From Oscillospiraceae bacterium (GTDB lineage: Bacteria > Bacillota > Clostridia > Oscillospirales > JAVBQB01): a DNA stretch of 64,000 nt. The notes beneath the pieces are model-generated. The model ran no database searches and was not told the DNA's origin. It saw only the letters and a program-made list of their open reading frames with translations. Positions within the stretch are counted from its first letter, which is position 1. Each line of letters starts with the position of its first letter. The translations under genes and the position numbers were made by a program. Of this stretch, positions 45,248 through 57,935 are shown piece by piece. The stretch spans positions 114,210 through 178,209 of the forward strand of contig JAVBQB010000002.1 of NCBI GenBank assembly GCA_031549265.1. The letters run 5' to 3'.

Positions 45248-46459
45248 TTAAAGCAGGTCTTCGCCCACCATTTGCCTAGCGGCAACTATCCTGCCCGGGC
45301 CAATGGTTTTGTCGGCGGCGACCACTGATATTCCCCATTCTCCTGTCGTGTCGTCGGCGGGAAGAGAACCAACGCGCGCGTCCTTGCAAATTCTCGCGCG
45401 TTCGCCGACGATCGAATATTCAATCACCGCGCCGTCCTCGACGACGGCGTCCGGCATTATTATCGAGTAACGTATCGAAGCGCCCGAGCCGACCTTCACG
45501 TTGTGAAAAAGCACCGAGTTTTCGACTGCGCCGTATACAACGCAACCCCCGGTAACCAGCGAGTGGGACAGCGTGGAGTCGGGGCCGCAGTAATGCGGGG
45601 GAGCGTCGGCGCTGCCGGCGTAAATGCGCCATTCCGGATCAAAAAGATTGAGTCCGGTCTCGGGAGACAGCATGTCCATGTTGGCCTCCCACAGGCTTTC
45701 GATGGTTCCGACATCTTTCCAGTATCCGGAGAAGCGGTAAACCATCATTTTCTCGTTATTTGCCAGCATCTTTGGTATGATATTGGCGCCGAAGTCGTTG
45801 GAGGACTTGGGATCGCGCTCGTCGTCCAACAAATACATCCGGAGCTTTTGCCAGCTGAAGACGTATATACCCATCGAAGCGAGGTTGGATTTCGGCACTT
45901 TCGGCTTTTCCTCAAATTCGAAGATAGTGTCATCGGAATTCACGTTCATTATTCCAAAACGCGAAGCCTCTTCCGCGGAAACCTCGATAACGGCTATTGT
46001 GCAGTCCGCTTCGTTCTTTCTGTGATGGTCGATCATCTGCCGGTAGTCAAATTTATAGATATGGTCGCCCGACAGGATGAGCACGTATTCCGGGTCATAT
46101 CTGTCAATAAAATCCATGTTTTGGTAGATGGCGTTCGCCGTGCCCTTGTACCACGTTCCCTTTTTCCCCTTGATATACGGCGGTAGAATATGCACGCCTC
46201 CGTCAATTCGGTCGAGATCCCAGGCCTGGCCGCTGCCGATATACGCGTTGAGCTCGTGCGGCTGATACTGGGTGAGCACGCCGACCGTATCGATATCGGA
46301 ATTGACGCAGTTGGAAAGCGGAAAATCGATAATGCGGTACTTTCCGCCGAACGGGACGGCGGGCTTTGCGATTTTTTCGGTCAGGCAGTAAAGGCGGCTG
46401 CCCTGACCGCCCGCCAATAGCATGGCCACGCACTCTTTGTTAGCAAACAATAGTATCAC
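45248..46459 (-). CDS. glgC: Glucose-1-phosphate adenylyltransferase
   Basis: [10 protein letters not shown] and [15 protein letters not shown] motifs. The start is uncertain (GTG 46459 or a downstream codon). Confidence 0.93.
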   Translation of the reverse strand: MILLFANKECVAMLLAGGQGSRLYCLTEKIAKPAVPFGGKYRIIDFPLSNCVNSDIDTVGVLTQYQPHELNAYIGSGQAWDLDRIDGGVHILPPYIKGKKGTWYKGTANAIYQNMDFIDRYDPEYVLILSGDHIYKFDYRQMIDHHRKNEADCTIAVIEVSAEEASRFGIMNVNSDDTIFEFEEKPKVPKSNLASMGIYVFSWQKLRMYLLDDERDPKSSNDFGANIIPKMLANNEKMMVYRFSGYWKDVGTIESLWEANMDMLSPETGLNLFDPEWRIYAGSADAPPHYCGPDSTLSHSLVTGGCVVYGAVENSVLFHNVKVGSGASIRYSIIMPDAVVEDGAVIEYSIVGERARICKDARVGSLPADDTTGEWGISVVAADKTIGPGRIVAARQMVGEDLL

Positions 46460-46506
46460 TCCAGAACGGTATAATTCTTAACACGCGGTGCGCGGATGCT
46501 TGCCGG

Positions 46507-48405
46507 TTATTGATCGGTGACGCGCTCCAGGAAAACCGCGCCGTACGGCGGTACGGTCAATTTAATGGACTGTTCCTTGCCGTGCCACGGATTATTCTCG
46601 GTGTACAGGATATGCGGATTGGTGTTGCCCCATCCGCCGAAACGGACATCGTCCGAGTTCAGAAGCTCGCGGTACGCGCCGGGGAGCGGCACGCCAAGCT
46701 GATATCCCGCCCTGTTGACGGGAGAAAAGTTGGCGACAAACAGCAATTCTCCGCCGGAAGCGTTCTTGCGGCTGAAGGCGATTGTGTTGCCGTTAAAATC
46801 GTCGCAGCAAAGCCAGTCGAAGCCTTTCCAATCGTAATCGATCTCCCAAAGCTCGCTGCGGTCGAGATAAAAGCGGTTTATTTCCCGGAAAAAGTCCAAC
46901 AGCTGGCGGTGACGGTCAAATTCCAGCAGGTGCCAGTCCATAGATTTGTCATACGCCCACTCGATGAACTGTCCGAACTCGGAGCCCATGAAGATCATCT
47001 TTTTTCCGGGGTGAGCCATCATGTACGAATAAAAGGAACGAGTACCGGCAAACTTATCGTCGTAGAAACCGGGCATTTTGTTGAGAAGTGAGCCCTTGCC
47101 GTGAACGACCTCGTCGTGCGAAATCGGGAGGATGTAGTTCTCTGAAAAAGCGTACATGAGCGAAAAGGTGATATCCTTGTGATTAAACTGGCGGAACACC
47201 GGATCCATTTGCAGATAGTGGATGATGTCGTTCATCCAGCCCATGTTCCACTTGAAGCTGAATCCGACTCCGCCGAGATACGTCGGCTTTGTGACGTTAG
47301 CCCATGCGGTCGATTCCTCGGCAATCATCAGCACGTTGGGGAAGGAGGCAAACACGGCCTCGTTCAGCCGCTGCAAAAAGTCGACCGCCTCGAGGTTCTC
47401 GCGTCCGCCATACTTGTTGGGCCGCCACTGGCCGGGCAGGCGCGCGTAGTCGAGATAAAGCATGGACGCAACCGCGTCGACGCGCAGTCCGTCTATATGG
47501 TACTTCTCGAACCAAAATACCGCCGAGGACATAAGAAATGAGCGGACCTCGTTTCTGCCGTAGTCGAAAACGCGCGTTCCCCAGTCGGGATGCTCGCGCT
47601 TCATCGCGTCCGAGTATTCGTAGCAGCAGGTGCCGTCAAATTCCATCAGCCCGTGGCCGTCTTTGGGGAAATGAGCGGGAACCCAATCGAGTATTACCGC
47701 GATTCCGGCGTCGTGGCACGCATCGACAAACGCCATAAAGTCGGCGGGCGTGCCGTATCTGGAAGTGGCCGCGAAGTAGCCGGTGCACTGGTATCCCCAC
47801 GAGCCGTCGAAGGGAAACTCCATCACGGGCATAAGCTCAATGTGGGTGAAGCCGAGGTCTTTGACGTAAGGAATGAGCTCGGCGGCGAGCTGAGCGTATG
47901 AATAGGGGCTGCCGTCGGCGTGGAGCCGCCAGGAGCCGGGGTGCAGCTCGTATATGTTCATCGGGCGGTCAAACATCGGACAGGCGGAGCGTGCCGCTAT
48001 CCACTCGTCGTCCCGCCATTCGTAGGCATCAAGGTCATACGCCTTAGAGGCGGTCTTGGGACGCACCTCGGCGTGAAAAGCGTAAGGGTCGGATTTTTCG
48101 AGAAATTTGCCGCGGGAGGTTTCCACGCAGTATTTATACGCGGAATACTGCTCCAGACCGGAGACAAAGACCTCCCACACTCCCACCGAGATTTTTTTCA
48201 TCGGGGTGGCTCCGCGGTTCCACTCGTTAAAATCCCCGATCACCGACACCGATTTCGCGCCGGGCGCCCACACACGGAAGACGACGCCGGGGTACCGGCC
48301 GCGTTTTTCGAAATGGGAACCCATGAACTCGTAAGCTCTCGAATCGGTGCCTTCATGGAAAAGATATAAATGATATTCAAGACTGTTTTTCTTGTTGACG
48401 GCCAT
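46507..48405 (-). CDS. glgB: 1,4-alpha-glucan branching enzyme
   Basis: GH13 motifs DWVPAHF, DGLRVDAVASM, MIAEESTAW, SHDEVVHGK. 632 aa. Confidence 0.95.
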   Translation of the reverse strand: MAVNKKNSLEYHLYLFHEGTDSRAYEFMGSHFEKRGRYPGVVFRVWAPGAKSVSVIGDFNEWNRGATPMKKISVGVWEVFVSGLEQYSAYKYCVETSRGKFLEKSDPYAFHAEVRPKTASKAYDLDAYEWRDDEWIAARSACPMFDRPMNIYELHPGSWRLHADGSPYSYAQLAAELIPYVKDLGFTHIELMPVMEFPFDGSWGYQCTGYFAATSRYGTPADFMAFVDACHDAGIAVILDWVPAHFPKDGHGLMEFDGTCCYEYSDAMKREHPDWGTRVFDYGRNEVRSFLMSSAVFWFEKYHIDGLRVDAVASMLYLDYARLPGQWRPNKYGGRENLEAVDFLQRLNEAVFASFPNVLMIAEESTAWANVTKPTYLGGVGFSFKWNMGWMNDIIHYLQMDPVFRQFNHKDITFSLMYAFSENYILPISHDEVVHGKGSLLNKMPGFYDDKFAGTRSFYSYMMAHPGKKMIFMGSEFGQFIEWAYDKSMDWHLLEFDRHRQLLDFFREINRFYLDRSELWEIDYDWKGFDWLCCDDFNGNTIAFSRKNASGGELLFVANFSPVNRAGYQLGVPLPGAYRELLNSDDVRFGGWGNTNPHILYTENNPWHGKEQSIKLTVPPYGAVFLERVTDQ

Positions 48406-48806
48406 AATTTAAGCAACTCCAAAACCAGGACAGAATCAGACTATTAAACCTTAATGGCTCGGTCAGGAATAATTTGTCACAATCCGTAAGCCGGCTACAT
48501 TTTTTTTCACGCTGTATTCAGGTGGAAGTGCGCAAAAACTTCGCGCCGGGCGTTCGTAACAAAATCCGCACAAATACTGGGCAAGTATAATTTATCACAC
48601 TTGGAAGAATTATTCAATCTTTCAGCATGAATATTATTTTAATATGTGCCGATAGAGGGCTGCTTTCTTTGTCGAATTAATTCGGAGCATAAAGCAATAT
48701 AAAACAAGATTATGATAGGGAACCAATTCGTGGTAAAGTTTTTGGATAATTTGACATAATTTCTATTAAAAATATTTTAGATTATATGCAAAGTGAAAAT
48801 AAACTG

Positions 48807-48835
48807 TTTACACGGATGGATAAAAATGATAGAAT
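48807..48835 (+). promoter_or_regulatory. PFOR promoter candidate (TTTACA-17 nt-TGaTAGAAT)
   Basis: -35 box at 48807-48812, extended -10 TG at 48827-48828, and -10 box at 48830-48835. Confidence 0.4.
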
Positions 48836-48920
48836 TACAAAAGTTATGCGCAATATTCTTTAGAGAGTCCTGACCGGAGGACAATTCCGTGAAATGTCCC
48901 AAACACTAGGAGGTTAACAG

Positions 48921-51900
48921 ATGGCCAGAAAGAAAAAAACAATGGATGGCAACACGGCTGCGGCGCATGTGGCATATGCGTTTACAGACGTTGCCGGAAT
49001 TTATCCGATCACACCGTCGTCGGTCATGGCGGAGCTGGCGGACAAGTGGTCCGCATCCGGACAGAAAAATATTTTCGGTCAGCAGGTTCGAGTATGTGAA
49101 ATGCAGTCGGAAGCGGGAGCCGCCGGTACGGTGCACGGTTCGCTGGCTGCCGGAGCGCTGACGACCACATTCACAGCGTCCCAGGGCCTGCTTCTGATGA
49201 TTCCCAATATGTATAAAATCGCGGGAGAACTGCTTCCCGGCGTAATCCACGTCTCGGCGCGCGCCGTCGCCTCCCACGCGCTGTCAATATTCGGCGACCA
49301 TTCGGACGTTATGGCGTGCCGCGGCACCGGATTTGCCATGCTGGCCGCCACCAACCCGCAGGAGGTCATGGATCTCGGCGCTGTGGCGCACCTGTCCGCC
49401 ATTTCCGGCCGCGTGCCCTTCCTGCATTTCTTTGACGGCTTCCGCACCTCGCACGAGATGCAGAAGATCGAAGCCTGGGATTACGAAGAACTGGCCAAGA
49501 TGTGTGATCTGGACGCCGTCAAGAGATTCCGCGACAACGCGCTGAATCCCGAGCATCCGGTGCTGCGCGGAACGGCACAGAACCCCGACGTGTTCTTCCA
49601 GGCCCGCGAAGCCTGCAATCCGTACTACGACAAGCTGCCGGCCGTTGTCGAGCAGATGATGGGCAAGGTCAACGCCGCCGCAGGAACTGATTACGGACTG
49701 TTCAACTACTACGGTTCGCCCGACGCCGAGCACGTCATAGTCGCCATGGGTTCAGTCTGCGACACCATCGAGGAGACAATTGACTACCTGATGTCCAAAG
49801 GCGAAAAGGTCGGCCTTGTCAAAGTTCGCCTTTATCGCCCGTTTGTCGCGGGAAAATTCGTGGACGCGATACCCAAAACCGCCAAAACTATTGCCGTCCT
49901 CGACCGCACCAAGGAACCAGGAGCACTGGGAGAGCCTCTGTATCTCGACGTCATCACAGCGCTTGCCGAATGCGGAGTATCTGGCCTTAAGGTCGTCGGC
50001 GGCCGCTACGGCCTCGGCTCCAAGGATGCGCCACCGTCCAGCGTTATCTCCGTATACCGCAACCTTCAGTCGGCGTCCCCGCGCAACAAGTTCTCGGTCG
50101 GCATAAACGACGACGTCACCAACCTGTCGCTGCCTCTTGATGAGAATCCCGACACCGCGCCCGCCGGAATGGTCTCCTGCAAATTCTGGGGACTGGGCTC
50201 TGACGGTACTGTTGGAGCGAACAAGAACTCCATCAAGATCATCGGCGACAATACCGACCTTAACGTTCAGGCATATTTCGCCTACGACTCCAAGAAGTCC
50301 GGCGGCGTGACAATATCTCACCTGCGTTTTGGCGACAAACCGATAAAGTCCACCTATTTCGTCAAGAAGGCCGACTTCGTGGCCTGCCACAACCCGGCGT
50401 ATCTCGGCAAATACGAGATGGTCGAGGACCTCAAGCCGGGTGGCACCTTCCTGCTCAACTGCTCGTGGAGCCCGGATGAGCTCTCAAAATATCTGCCCGG
50501 ATCGGTCAAGAAATTTATCGCAGACAACGGCATCAAGCTCTTTATCTGCGACGGTATCGCGGAGGCGCGCCGCCTCGGTCTCGGCGGACGCATCAACATC
50601 ATCCTTCAGTCCGCTTTCTTTAAGCTAACCAACATCATTCCGATAAACGACGCCGTGAAGTATATGAAAGCGGCTGTCGAATCCACCTATGGCCACAAGG
50701 GCGAAAAGATCGTCGGCATGAACATCCAGGCAGTGGACGCCGGAATCGAAAACGTCCGCCAGGTGGAAATCCCCGCCGATTGGAAGAACGCCGCCAACGA
50801 CAGCGCGTCGTTTGATCCCAAGGGCGACCGTCCGGAGCTTGTCTCCTTCGTAAAGGATATACTGATGCCGGTCAATTGCCAGTGCGGCGACCGCCTGCCG
50901 GTATCCGCGTTCAAGGGCGCGGAGGACGGAACCTTCCCGCAGGGCTCCAGCGCTTATGAGAAGCGCGGCATCGCCGTCGACGTTCCGACATGGGTGCCCG
51001 AGAACTGCATACAGTGCAACCAGTGCTCGTTCGTCTGCCCGCACGCGGTAATCCGTCCGTTTATACTCGATGACGCCGAGCTCAGCGCCGCTCCCGCCGG
51101 AACGCCCACGCTTCCGATGCAGGGCAAGGACTGCGAGAGCTACAAGTTCACCATTGTTCCGTCGGTACTGGACTGCACGGGCTGCGGCTCCTGCGCCAAC
51201 ATCTGTCCGGGCAACAAGGGCGGCAAGGCTCTCGAGATGAAGCCGCTGGCAGAGCAAAGACACGTCGCCGACAGGTTCGCCTACTGCTTCGACAAGGTCG
51301 CGGCCAAGGACAACATCCCGTTTGCCGCGGAATCGGTCAAGGGCTCTCAGTTCAGGCAGCCGCTGTTCGAGTTCTCCGGAGCGTGCGCCGGATGCGGCGA
51401 AACACCGTATCTCAAACTGATCACGCAGCTTTACGGCGAGCGTATGATGGTCGCCAACGCCACCGGCTGCTCCTCGATCTACGGCGGTTCCTGCCCGAGC
51501 ACTCCGTATACAATTGGCAAGAATGGCAAGGGTCCGTCCTGGGCTAACTCGCTGTTTGAGGATAACGCCGAATACGGTTTCGGTATGCACCTCGGTGTGG
51601 CGCAGAGACGCGCCAAACTGACAGACCTCGTAAGGTCGGTCGGCGGACACGAGTTGTGCACGCCCGAGATGAAGGCCGCCTGCGACGAGTGGCTGGCCAA
51701 CAAGGACGACGGCAAACTGTCGGTCACTGCCGCCGCAAAGCTGGGAGAAGCGATGAAGGTCGGAATCGCGTCCGGCTGCCCGGGAGTTCCGCAGTTCGAA
51801 GAAATTCTCTCGATGTCCGATATGTTCGTCAAGAAGTCGATCTGGATATTCGGCGGCGACGGCTGGGCCTATGACATCGGATTCGGCGGACTCGACCACG

Positions 51901-52487
51901 TTATCGCTTCCGGCGAGGATGTAAATATATTCGTGCTCGATACCGAGGTATATTCCAACACCGGCGGCCAGGCTTCCAAGGCTTCGCAGACCGGTCAGGT
52001 CGCGCAGTTCGCGGCGGCGGGCAAGGTAACGTCCAAGAAAGACCTCGCCCAGATAGCGATGTCATACGGTTACGTCTACGTCGCCCAGGTGGCGATGGGC
52101 GCGAACTACAACCAGACGGTCAAGGCTATTGCCGAAGCCGAGAGCTATCCCGGCCCGTCCATCATCATTGGATACGCGCCGTGCATCAACCACGGCATCA
52201 AAGCCGGAATGGGCAAGTCGATGACCGAGATGAAGAACGCGGTTGAGGCCGGATACTGGCACATGTTCCGCTTTGACCCGCGCCAGAAGGATGAGGGCAA
52301 GAACCCCTTCCAGCTGGACAGCAAGGCTCCGAGCGCGTCCTACGCCGAATTCATCAAGAACGAGGTGCGCTACAGCTCGCTCGAGCGCTCCTTCCCCGAC
52401 AGGGCGGAAAAACTGTTCGCGGCGGCCGAGCAGGCGGCGGCAGACAAGTACGCAAAGCTCGAGAAGATGAAGGCGCTTTACGAATAA
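48921..52487 (+). CDS. nifJ: Pyruvate:ferredoxin (flavodoxin) oxidoreductase
   Basis: 1188 aa single-chain PFOR. Two ferredoxin motifs CIQCNQCSFVCPH and CTGCGSCANICP. TPP-binding GGDGWAYDIG. Confidence 0.97.
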   Translation: MARKKKTMDGNTAAAHVAYAFTDVAGIYPITPSSVMAELADKWSASGQKNIFGQQVRVCEMQSEAGAAGTVHGSLAAGALTTTFTASQGLLLMIPNMYKIAGELLPGVIHVSARAVASHALSIFGDHSDVMACRGTGFAMLAATNPQEVMDLGAVAHLSAISGRVPFLHFFDGFRTSHEMQKIEAWDYEELAKMCDLDAVKRFRDNALNPEHPVLRGTAQNPDVFFQAREACNPYYDKLPAVVEQMMGKVNAAAGTDYGLFNYYGSPDAEHVIVAMGSVCDTIEETIDYLMSKGEKVGLVKVRLYRPFVAGKFVDAIPKTAKTIAVLDRTKEPGALGEPLYLDVITALAECGVSGLKVVGGRYGLGSKDAPPSSVISVYRNLQSASPRNKFSVGINDDVTNLSLPLDENPDTAPAGMVSCKFWGLGSDGTVGANKNSIKIIGDNTDLNVQAYFAYDSKKSGGVTISHLRFGDKPIKSTYFVKKADFVACHNPAYLGKYEMVEDLKPGGTFLLNCSWSPDELSKYLPGSVKKFIADNGIKLFICDGIAEARRLGLGGRINIILQSAFFKLTNIIPINDAVKYMKAAVESTYGHKGEKIVGMNIQAVDAGIENVRQVEIPADWKNAANDSASFDPKGDRPELVSFVKDILMPVNCQCGDRLPVSAFKGAEDGTFPQGSSAYEKRGIAVDVPTWVPENCIQCNQCSFVCPHAVIRPFILDDAELSAAPAGTPTLPMQGKDCESYKFTIVPSVLDCTGCGSCANICPGNKGGKALEMKPLAEQRHVADRFAYCFDKVAAKDNIPFAAESVKGSQFRQPLFEFSGACAGCGETPYLKLITQLYGERMMVANATGCSSIYGGSCPSTPYTIGKNGKGPSWANSLFEDNAEYGFGMHLGVAQRRAKLTDLVRSVGGHELCTPEMKAACDEWLANKDDGKLSVTAAAKLGEAMKVGIASGCPGVPQFEEILSMSDMFVKKSIWIFGGDGWAYDIGFGGLDHVIASGEDVNIFVLDTEVYSNTGGQASKASQTGQVAQFAAAGKVTSKKDLAQIAMSYGYVYVAQVAMGANYNQTVKAIAEAESYPGPSIIIGYAPCINHGIKAGMGKSMTEMKNAVEAGYWHMFRFDPRQKDEGKNPFQLDSKAPSASYAEFIKNEVRYSSLERSFPDRAEKLFAAAEQAAADKYAKLEKMKALYE

Positions 52488-52512
52488 TTGCGCGTTACGC
52501 AACCGATTTGTG

Positions 52513-52547
52513 TGCTGTTGCGGCGGGAGCGATCCGCCGCAACAGCA
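52513..52547 (+). terminator. Strong hairpin after nifJ (14-bp stem); a second hairpin lies at 52600-52622
   Basis: TGCTGTTGCGGCGG pairing with CCGCCGCAACAGCA, with a 7-nt loop. The downstream CCCCCCGA/TCGGGGGG hairpin is followed by a T-rich tract. Confidence 0.55.
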
Positions 52548-52640
52548 TAATATGTTTAACTCGCATTTGGCAAAATCCGACGTAAAATCTCCTAATACTC
52601 CCCCCCGATTGGATTCGGGGGGCTGTTGTGTTGATTTGAG

Positions 52641-55600
52641 GTGAACTATCTGCGCGCAATTTGCGATGTAATTACCCGGAGTCCCGAGTTTATTGAGATT
52701 GAAAAAAAGATAGCTGACGGCCAGTGCCCGATCGCGGTCGGCGGGCTGTCCGGCATCCACAAGGCGCATATCGCGTCAGCGCTGGCGAGGCGGACGGGCA
52801 GACCTGTTTTTTTAGTCACGCCCGAGGAGACTGAGGCGCGGAGGCTTGCCGCCGACATGTCCGCAATTTCGGGCGAGACCGTGCGGCTGCTGCCGGCGCG
52901 CGATTTTGTCTTCCATAACGTTGACAGCGCATCCCGCCAGTGGGAGCATGAGAGGTGCGATCTGTTCAGCAGGCTGATGAGCGGACAGCCGCCGATGGTT
53001 TGCGCGCCGCTTGAGGCCGTGCTTCAGCGCACATTGCCGCCCGACGCGCTTCGGTCGGTCACGCTGGAACTCCGTGTCGGGATGACCGTTCCGGTATCCG
53101 AACTGCTCTCGAAGTTCGTGCGGTGCGGGTTCAAACGGTGCGAACAGGTCGAAGGGCCCGGTCAGTTTGCCGCGCGCGGAGGCATCGTCGACTTTTACTC
53201 TCCCGCCGACAGCTGCCCTGTGCGCGTCGAGTTTTTCGGAGACGAAATAGACACAATATCCAGCATTGACGTCGATACCCAGCGCCGAACCGGCCAGCAT
53301 AAGGGCAAAACCGTGCTGCCCGCGACCGAAACTCTGCCCCATGCCTGCGACGGCGGAACTGACACCCTGTTTGAGCGGATGCGCGGCCTTGTCGCTGGTG
53401 CGGGGAAAAAGCAGAAGCAGTCGTTTTCAAATAACGTCGAGCAGGACATTGCCCGGCTGTCGGACGGACTGTCCCTGCCCGCCGCCGACCGGTATATCGC
53501 GCTGATATACCCGGAGTACGCCACCGCGCTCGACTATCTGCCGAATGATACGATTTTTATCATCGACGAGCACGCGAGGATGCGTGAGAAGGCCAAAAAT
53601 ATCCTGTGGCAATACAGTCAGGACGTCGAAACCCTGTTGGATGCGGGAACCATGACCGGCGAGCAGGCGAATTATATGCGCTCGGCTGACGATTTTTACC
53701 GGTCAGCCGCGCGGTTTGACGTCGTGATGACCGACGCGTTCATCTCGGCCGCATATGATATACCTCCGTCGGCAATACTTTCGGTATCAGCCAAACAGCT
53801 GCCGTCGTTTGGCAACAGTCTTGAAACGGCGATAACCGACATCGGGCATTACACCCGAGAGGGCTACAGCACAGTGGTTTTGTGCCCGACTGAGCGCCGC
53901 GCGCGCCATCTCTCGACAATCCTCTCGGACAACGGAGTGCGGGCGGGTCTTTCGCTCACACTGGACGAGATGCCGAAGCACGGGGACGCGTTTGTCACGG
54001 TCGGAGGCCTGTCGGCGGGTATGGAATATCCGAGCGTGCGCGTGGCTGTAATCACCGAGGGAGAGGTGCGGCAGGAACCGCGCATCAAGCGCCCGAGGTC
54101 GCAGGATAAGACCAACCGTCAGCGCGTTAAAAGTTACGCCGATCTGTCGGTGGGAGACCTAGTGGTGCACGAGCATCACGGCATCGGCAGGCTTGCGGGC
54201 ATCCAGAAGATGGAAGTTGACGGCGTGGTGCGCGACTATATCAAGATCGCGTATTCCGGCGCCGACGTGCTGTACGTTCCGGCCAGCCAGCTGGACATGG
54301 TTTCCAAATACATCGGAGCCGGAGAGGACGCGCCGGTCAGGCTCAACAAGCTGGGCGGCGCAGAATGGGCCCGGGCCAAATCGCGGGCAAAATCCGCAGT
54401 CAAGGATCTCGCCAACTATCTGGTCGGACTCTACGCCGAACGCCAGCGCCGCAAGGGATTCGCTTTTCCGTCGGACGACGAGTGGCAGCGCGAGTTTGAG
54501 GAGGCGTTTGAGTACGTCGAGACCGACGACCAGCTGAAATGCGTTTCCGAAATTAAAAAGGACATGCGGCAGGCCATTCCGATGGACCGCCTGCTGTGCG
54601 GCGACGTCGGGTTCGGTAAGACCGAGGTTGCGCTGCGCGCGGTGATGAAATGCGTTCTGGGCGGCAAGCAGGCAGCGTTTCTGGTGCCGACCACCGTACT
54701 CGCCCAGCAGCATTATGTGACGGCCACCAAGAGATTTGCGAACTATCCGGTTAAAGTGGATATGGTCAGCCGCTTCCGCTCACCGGCGCAAATACGCGAC
54801 ACGCTGAAGAAGTTCAAGACCGGTCAGCTCGACCTTATCATAGGCACCCACCGACTGCTACAAAAGGACGTTGTGCCTTACAATCTCGGCCTGCTGATAG
54901 TGGACGAGGAGCAGCGTTTTGGCGTTTCGCACAAGGAGAGGCTGAAAGAGATGTCGCGTCAGGTGGACGTGCTGACTCTGACGGCCACGCCCATTCCCCG
55001 CACGCTCAACATGGCGCTGTCCGGCATACGCGATATGTCGACGATCGAGGAAGCACCCGCCGACAGGCATCCGGTGCAAACGTATGTGCTGGAGCATGAC
55101 TGGGGACTGATTGCCGACGCCATACGGCGGGAATTGACCCGGGGAGGTCAAGTATATTACCTGCACAACCGGGTGGAGACGATTGAACGCACCGCATCGA
55201 AGATTCTGGAATATGTGCCCGAAGCGGCGGTGGCTGTGGCGCACGGCAAAATGGACGAGCAGCAGCTGGGAGACGTCATGCGGGCCATGGACGAGGGCGA
55301 AGTGAACGTCTTGGTGTGCACCACAATTATCGAAACCGGCATCGACATACCGAACGTGAATACGTTGATAGTGGAAGACGCCGACCATCTGGGTCTTGCG
55401 CAGATGCACCAGATACGGGGACGCGTCGGGCGGTCGCCGCGCCACGCTTACGCTTATCTGACATACCGTCGAGGAAAGGTGCTGACCGAGATCGCGACAA
55501 AGCGCCTGTCCGCCATACGTGAATACGCCGAGTTCGGCTCGGGATTCAAGATCGCGATGCGTGACCTCGAAATACGCGGCGCGGGCAATGTCCTGGGCGC

Positions 55601-56153
55601 CGAACAGTCGGGACACATGCTGTCAGTGGGATACGACATGTATCTCAAGCTGCTGGAGGAGGCCGTTCTGGAGCAACGGGGAGAAGCGCCGTCCGGCCAG
55701 TCCGACTGCTCGGCGGACATCAACGTCTCGGCTGGAATACCGGAGGAATATATCCCGTCGCCCGAACAGCGCATGGATATATACCGCCGCATAGCCAAGC
55801 TGACCACGCGGGATGACGCGAGCGATATCATCGACGAGCTTATCGACCGGTACGGCGACGTTCCCGGCCAGGTAAACGCGCTGGTGGAGATCGCAATGCT
55901 GCGGGCACACGCGGCGCGCGCCGGTATCCGTGATATCGCGCAAAAGAGCGGCAAAATCAACTTCGCGCTTACCAGACTGGACGTTGCACGGGTGTCTTTG
56001 CTCTGCGGAATGCCCGAATACAAGGGAAGAATACTGCTGTCGGCGGGCGAAAAGCCATATATTGTGCTGAAACTGGGGAGCGGAGAAAATCCGCTGCACG
56101 CCTCGGCAAAACTGATCGATTTATTTTCTGCCGAGCCCCAAAATGCAACCTAA
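52641..56153 (+). CDS. mfd: Transcription-repair coupling factor Mfd
   Basis: 1170 aa with a UvrB-homology N-terminus and an RNAP-interacting region. Helicase motifs LLCGDVGFGKTEVA, LIVDEEQRFG, TATPIPRT. GTG start. Confidence 0.95.
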   Translation: MNYLRAICDVITRSPEFIEIEKKIADGQCPIAVGGLSGIHKAHIASALARRTGRPVFLVTPEETEARRLAADMSAISGETVRLLPARDFVFHNVDSASRQWEHERCDLFSRLMSGQPPMVCAPLEAVLQRTLPPDALRSVTLELRVGMTVPVSELLSKFVRCGFKRCEQVEGPGQFAARGGIVDFYSPADSCPVRVEFFGDEIDTISSIDVDTQRRTGQHKGKTVLPATETLPHACDGGTDTLFERMRGLVAGAGKKQKQSFSNNVEQDIARLSDGLSLPAADRYIALIYPEYATALDYLPNDTIFIIDEHARMREKAKNILWQYSQDVETLLDAGTMTGEQANYMRSADDFYRSAARFDVVMTDAFISAAYDIPPSAILSVSAKQLPSFGNSLETAITDIGHYTREGYSTVVLCPTERRARHLSTILSDNGVRAGLSLTLDEMPKHGDAFVTVGGLSAGMEYPSVRVAVITEGEVRQEPRIKRPRSQDKTNRQRVKSYADLSVGDLVVHEHHGIGRLAGIQKMEVDGVVRDYIKIAYSGADVLYVPASQLDMVSKYIGAGEDAPVRLNKLGGAEWARAKSRAKSAVKDLANYLVGLYAERQRRKGFAFPSDDEWQREFEEAFEYVETDDQLKCVSEIKKDMRQAIPMDRLLCGDVGFGKTEVALRAVMKCVLGGKQAAFLVPTTVLAQQHYVTATKRFANYPVKVDMVSRFRSPAQIRDTLKKFKTGQLDLIIGTHRLLQKDVVPYNLGLLIVDEEQRFGVSHKERLKEMSRQVDVLTLTATPIPRTLNMALSGIRDMSTIEEAPADRHPVQTYVLEHDWGLIADAIRRELTRGGQVYYLHNRVETIERTASKILEYVPEAAVAVAHGKMDEQQLGDVMRAMDEGEVNVLVCTTIIETGIDIPNVNTLIVEDADHLGLAQMHQIRGRVGRSPRHAYAYLTYRRGKVLTEIATKRLSAIREYAEFGSGFKIAMRDLEIRGAGNVLGAEQSGHMLSVGYDMYLKLLEEAVLEQRGEAPSGQSDCSADINVSAGIPEEYIPSPEQRMDIYRRIAKLTTRDDASDIIDELIDRYGDVPGQVNALVEIAMLRAHAARAGIRDIAQKSGKINFALTRLDVARVSLLCGMPEYKGRILLSAGEKPYIVLKLGSGENPLHASAKLIDLFSAEPQNAT

Positions 56154-56216
56154 TAAAATATGCTTGCAATATCGCGTGAATCGGAATATAATAACCAGGT
56201 AAATTTGAGCCTTTAG

Positions 56217-57593
<1,377 letters not shown>

Positions 57594-57623
57594 TAACCCG
57601 GCGACAGTTTCTTGCGTACCGGT

Positions 57624-57935
57624 TCATTCCGGACGAATCTGAAGCTCGCGGATTTTTACCGAGTTTTTGTACACCTTAATCATATAGAGCTGGCCGGAAT
57701 TGAGCGGGCCGAACATAAACTGGCCAAGCTCATCGGTGACGGTCTGGGCGGACATCGCAAGTTCGTCGTCCTCGCCCGCGAGGAACAGCATGACCAGCGC
57801 GTCCGGAATGGCGCGCCCGTCGGACTCGCGGACAAATCCGTGGATGGAACTGCGCGTGTCAGGCTGCATGTGGACAATGGTCTCGATCAGTTCATCCTGA
57901 CCCGGGCGAAAGTAGAATTTGGTGTATGATCCCAT
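57624..57935 (-). CDS. Small carboxypeptidase-regulatory-like (prealbumin-fold) domain protein
   Basis: IHGFVRESDGRAIPDALVMLF...TDELGQFMFGPLNSGQLYMIKVY resembles a CarboxypepD_reg-type beta-sandwich. ATG 57935 is preferred. Confidence 0.5.
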   Translation of the reverse strand: MGSYTKFYFRPGQDELIETIVHMQPDTRSSIHGFVRESDGRAIPDALVMLFLAGEDDELAMSAQTVTDELGQFMFGPLNSGQLYMIKVYKNSVKIRELQIRPE

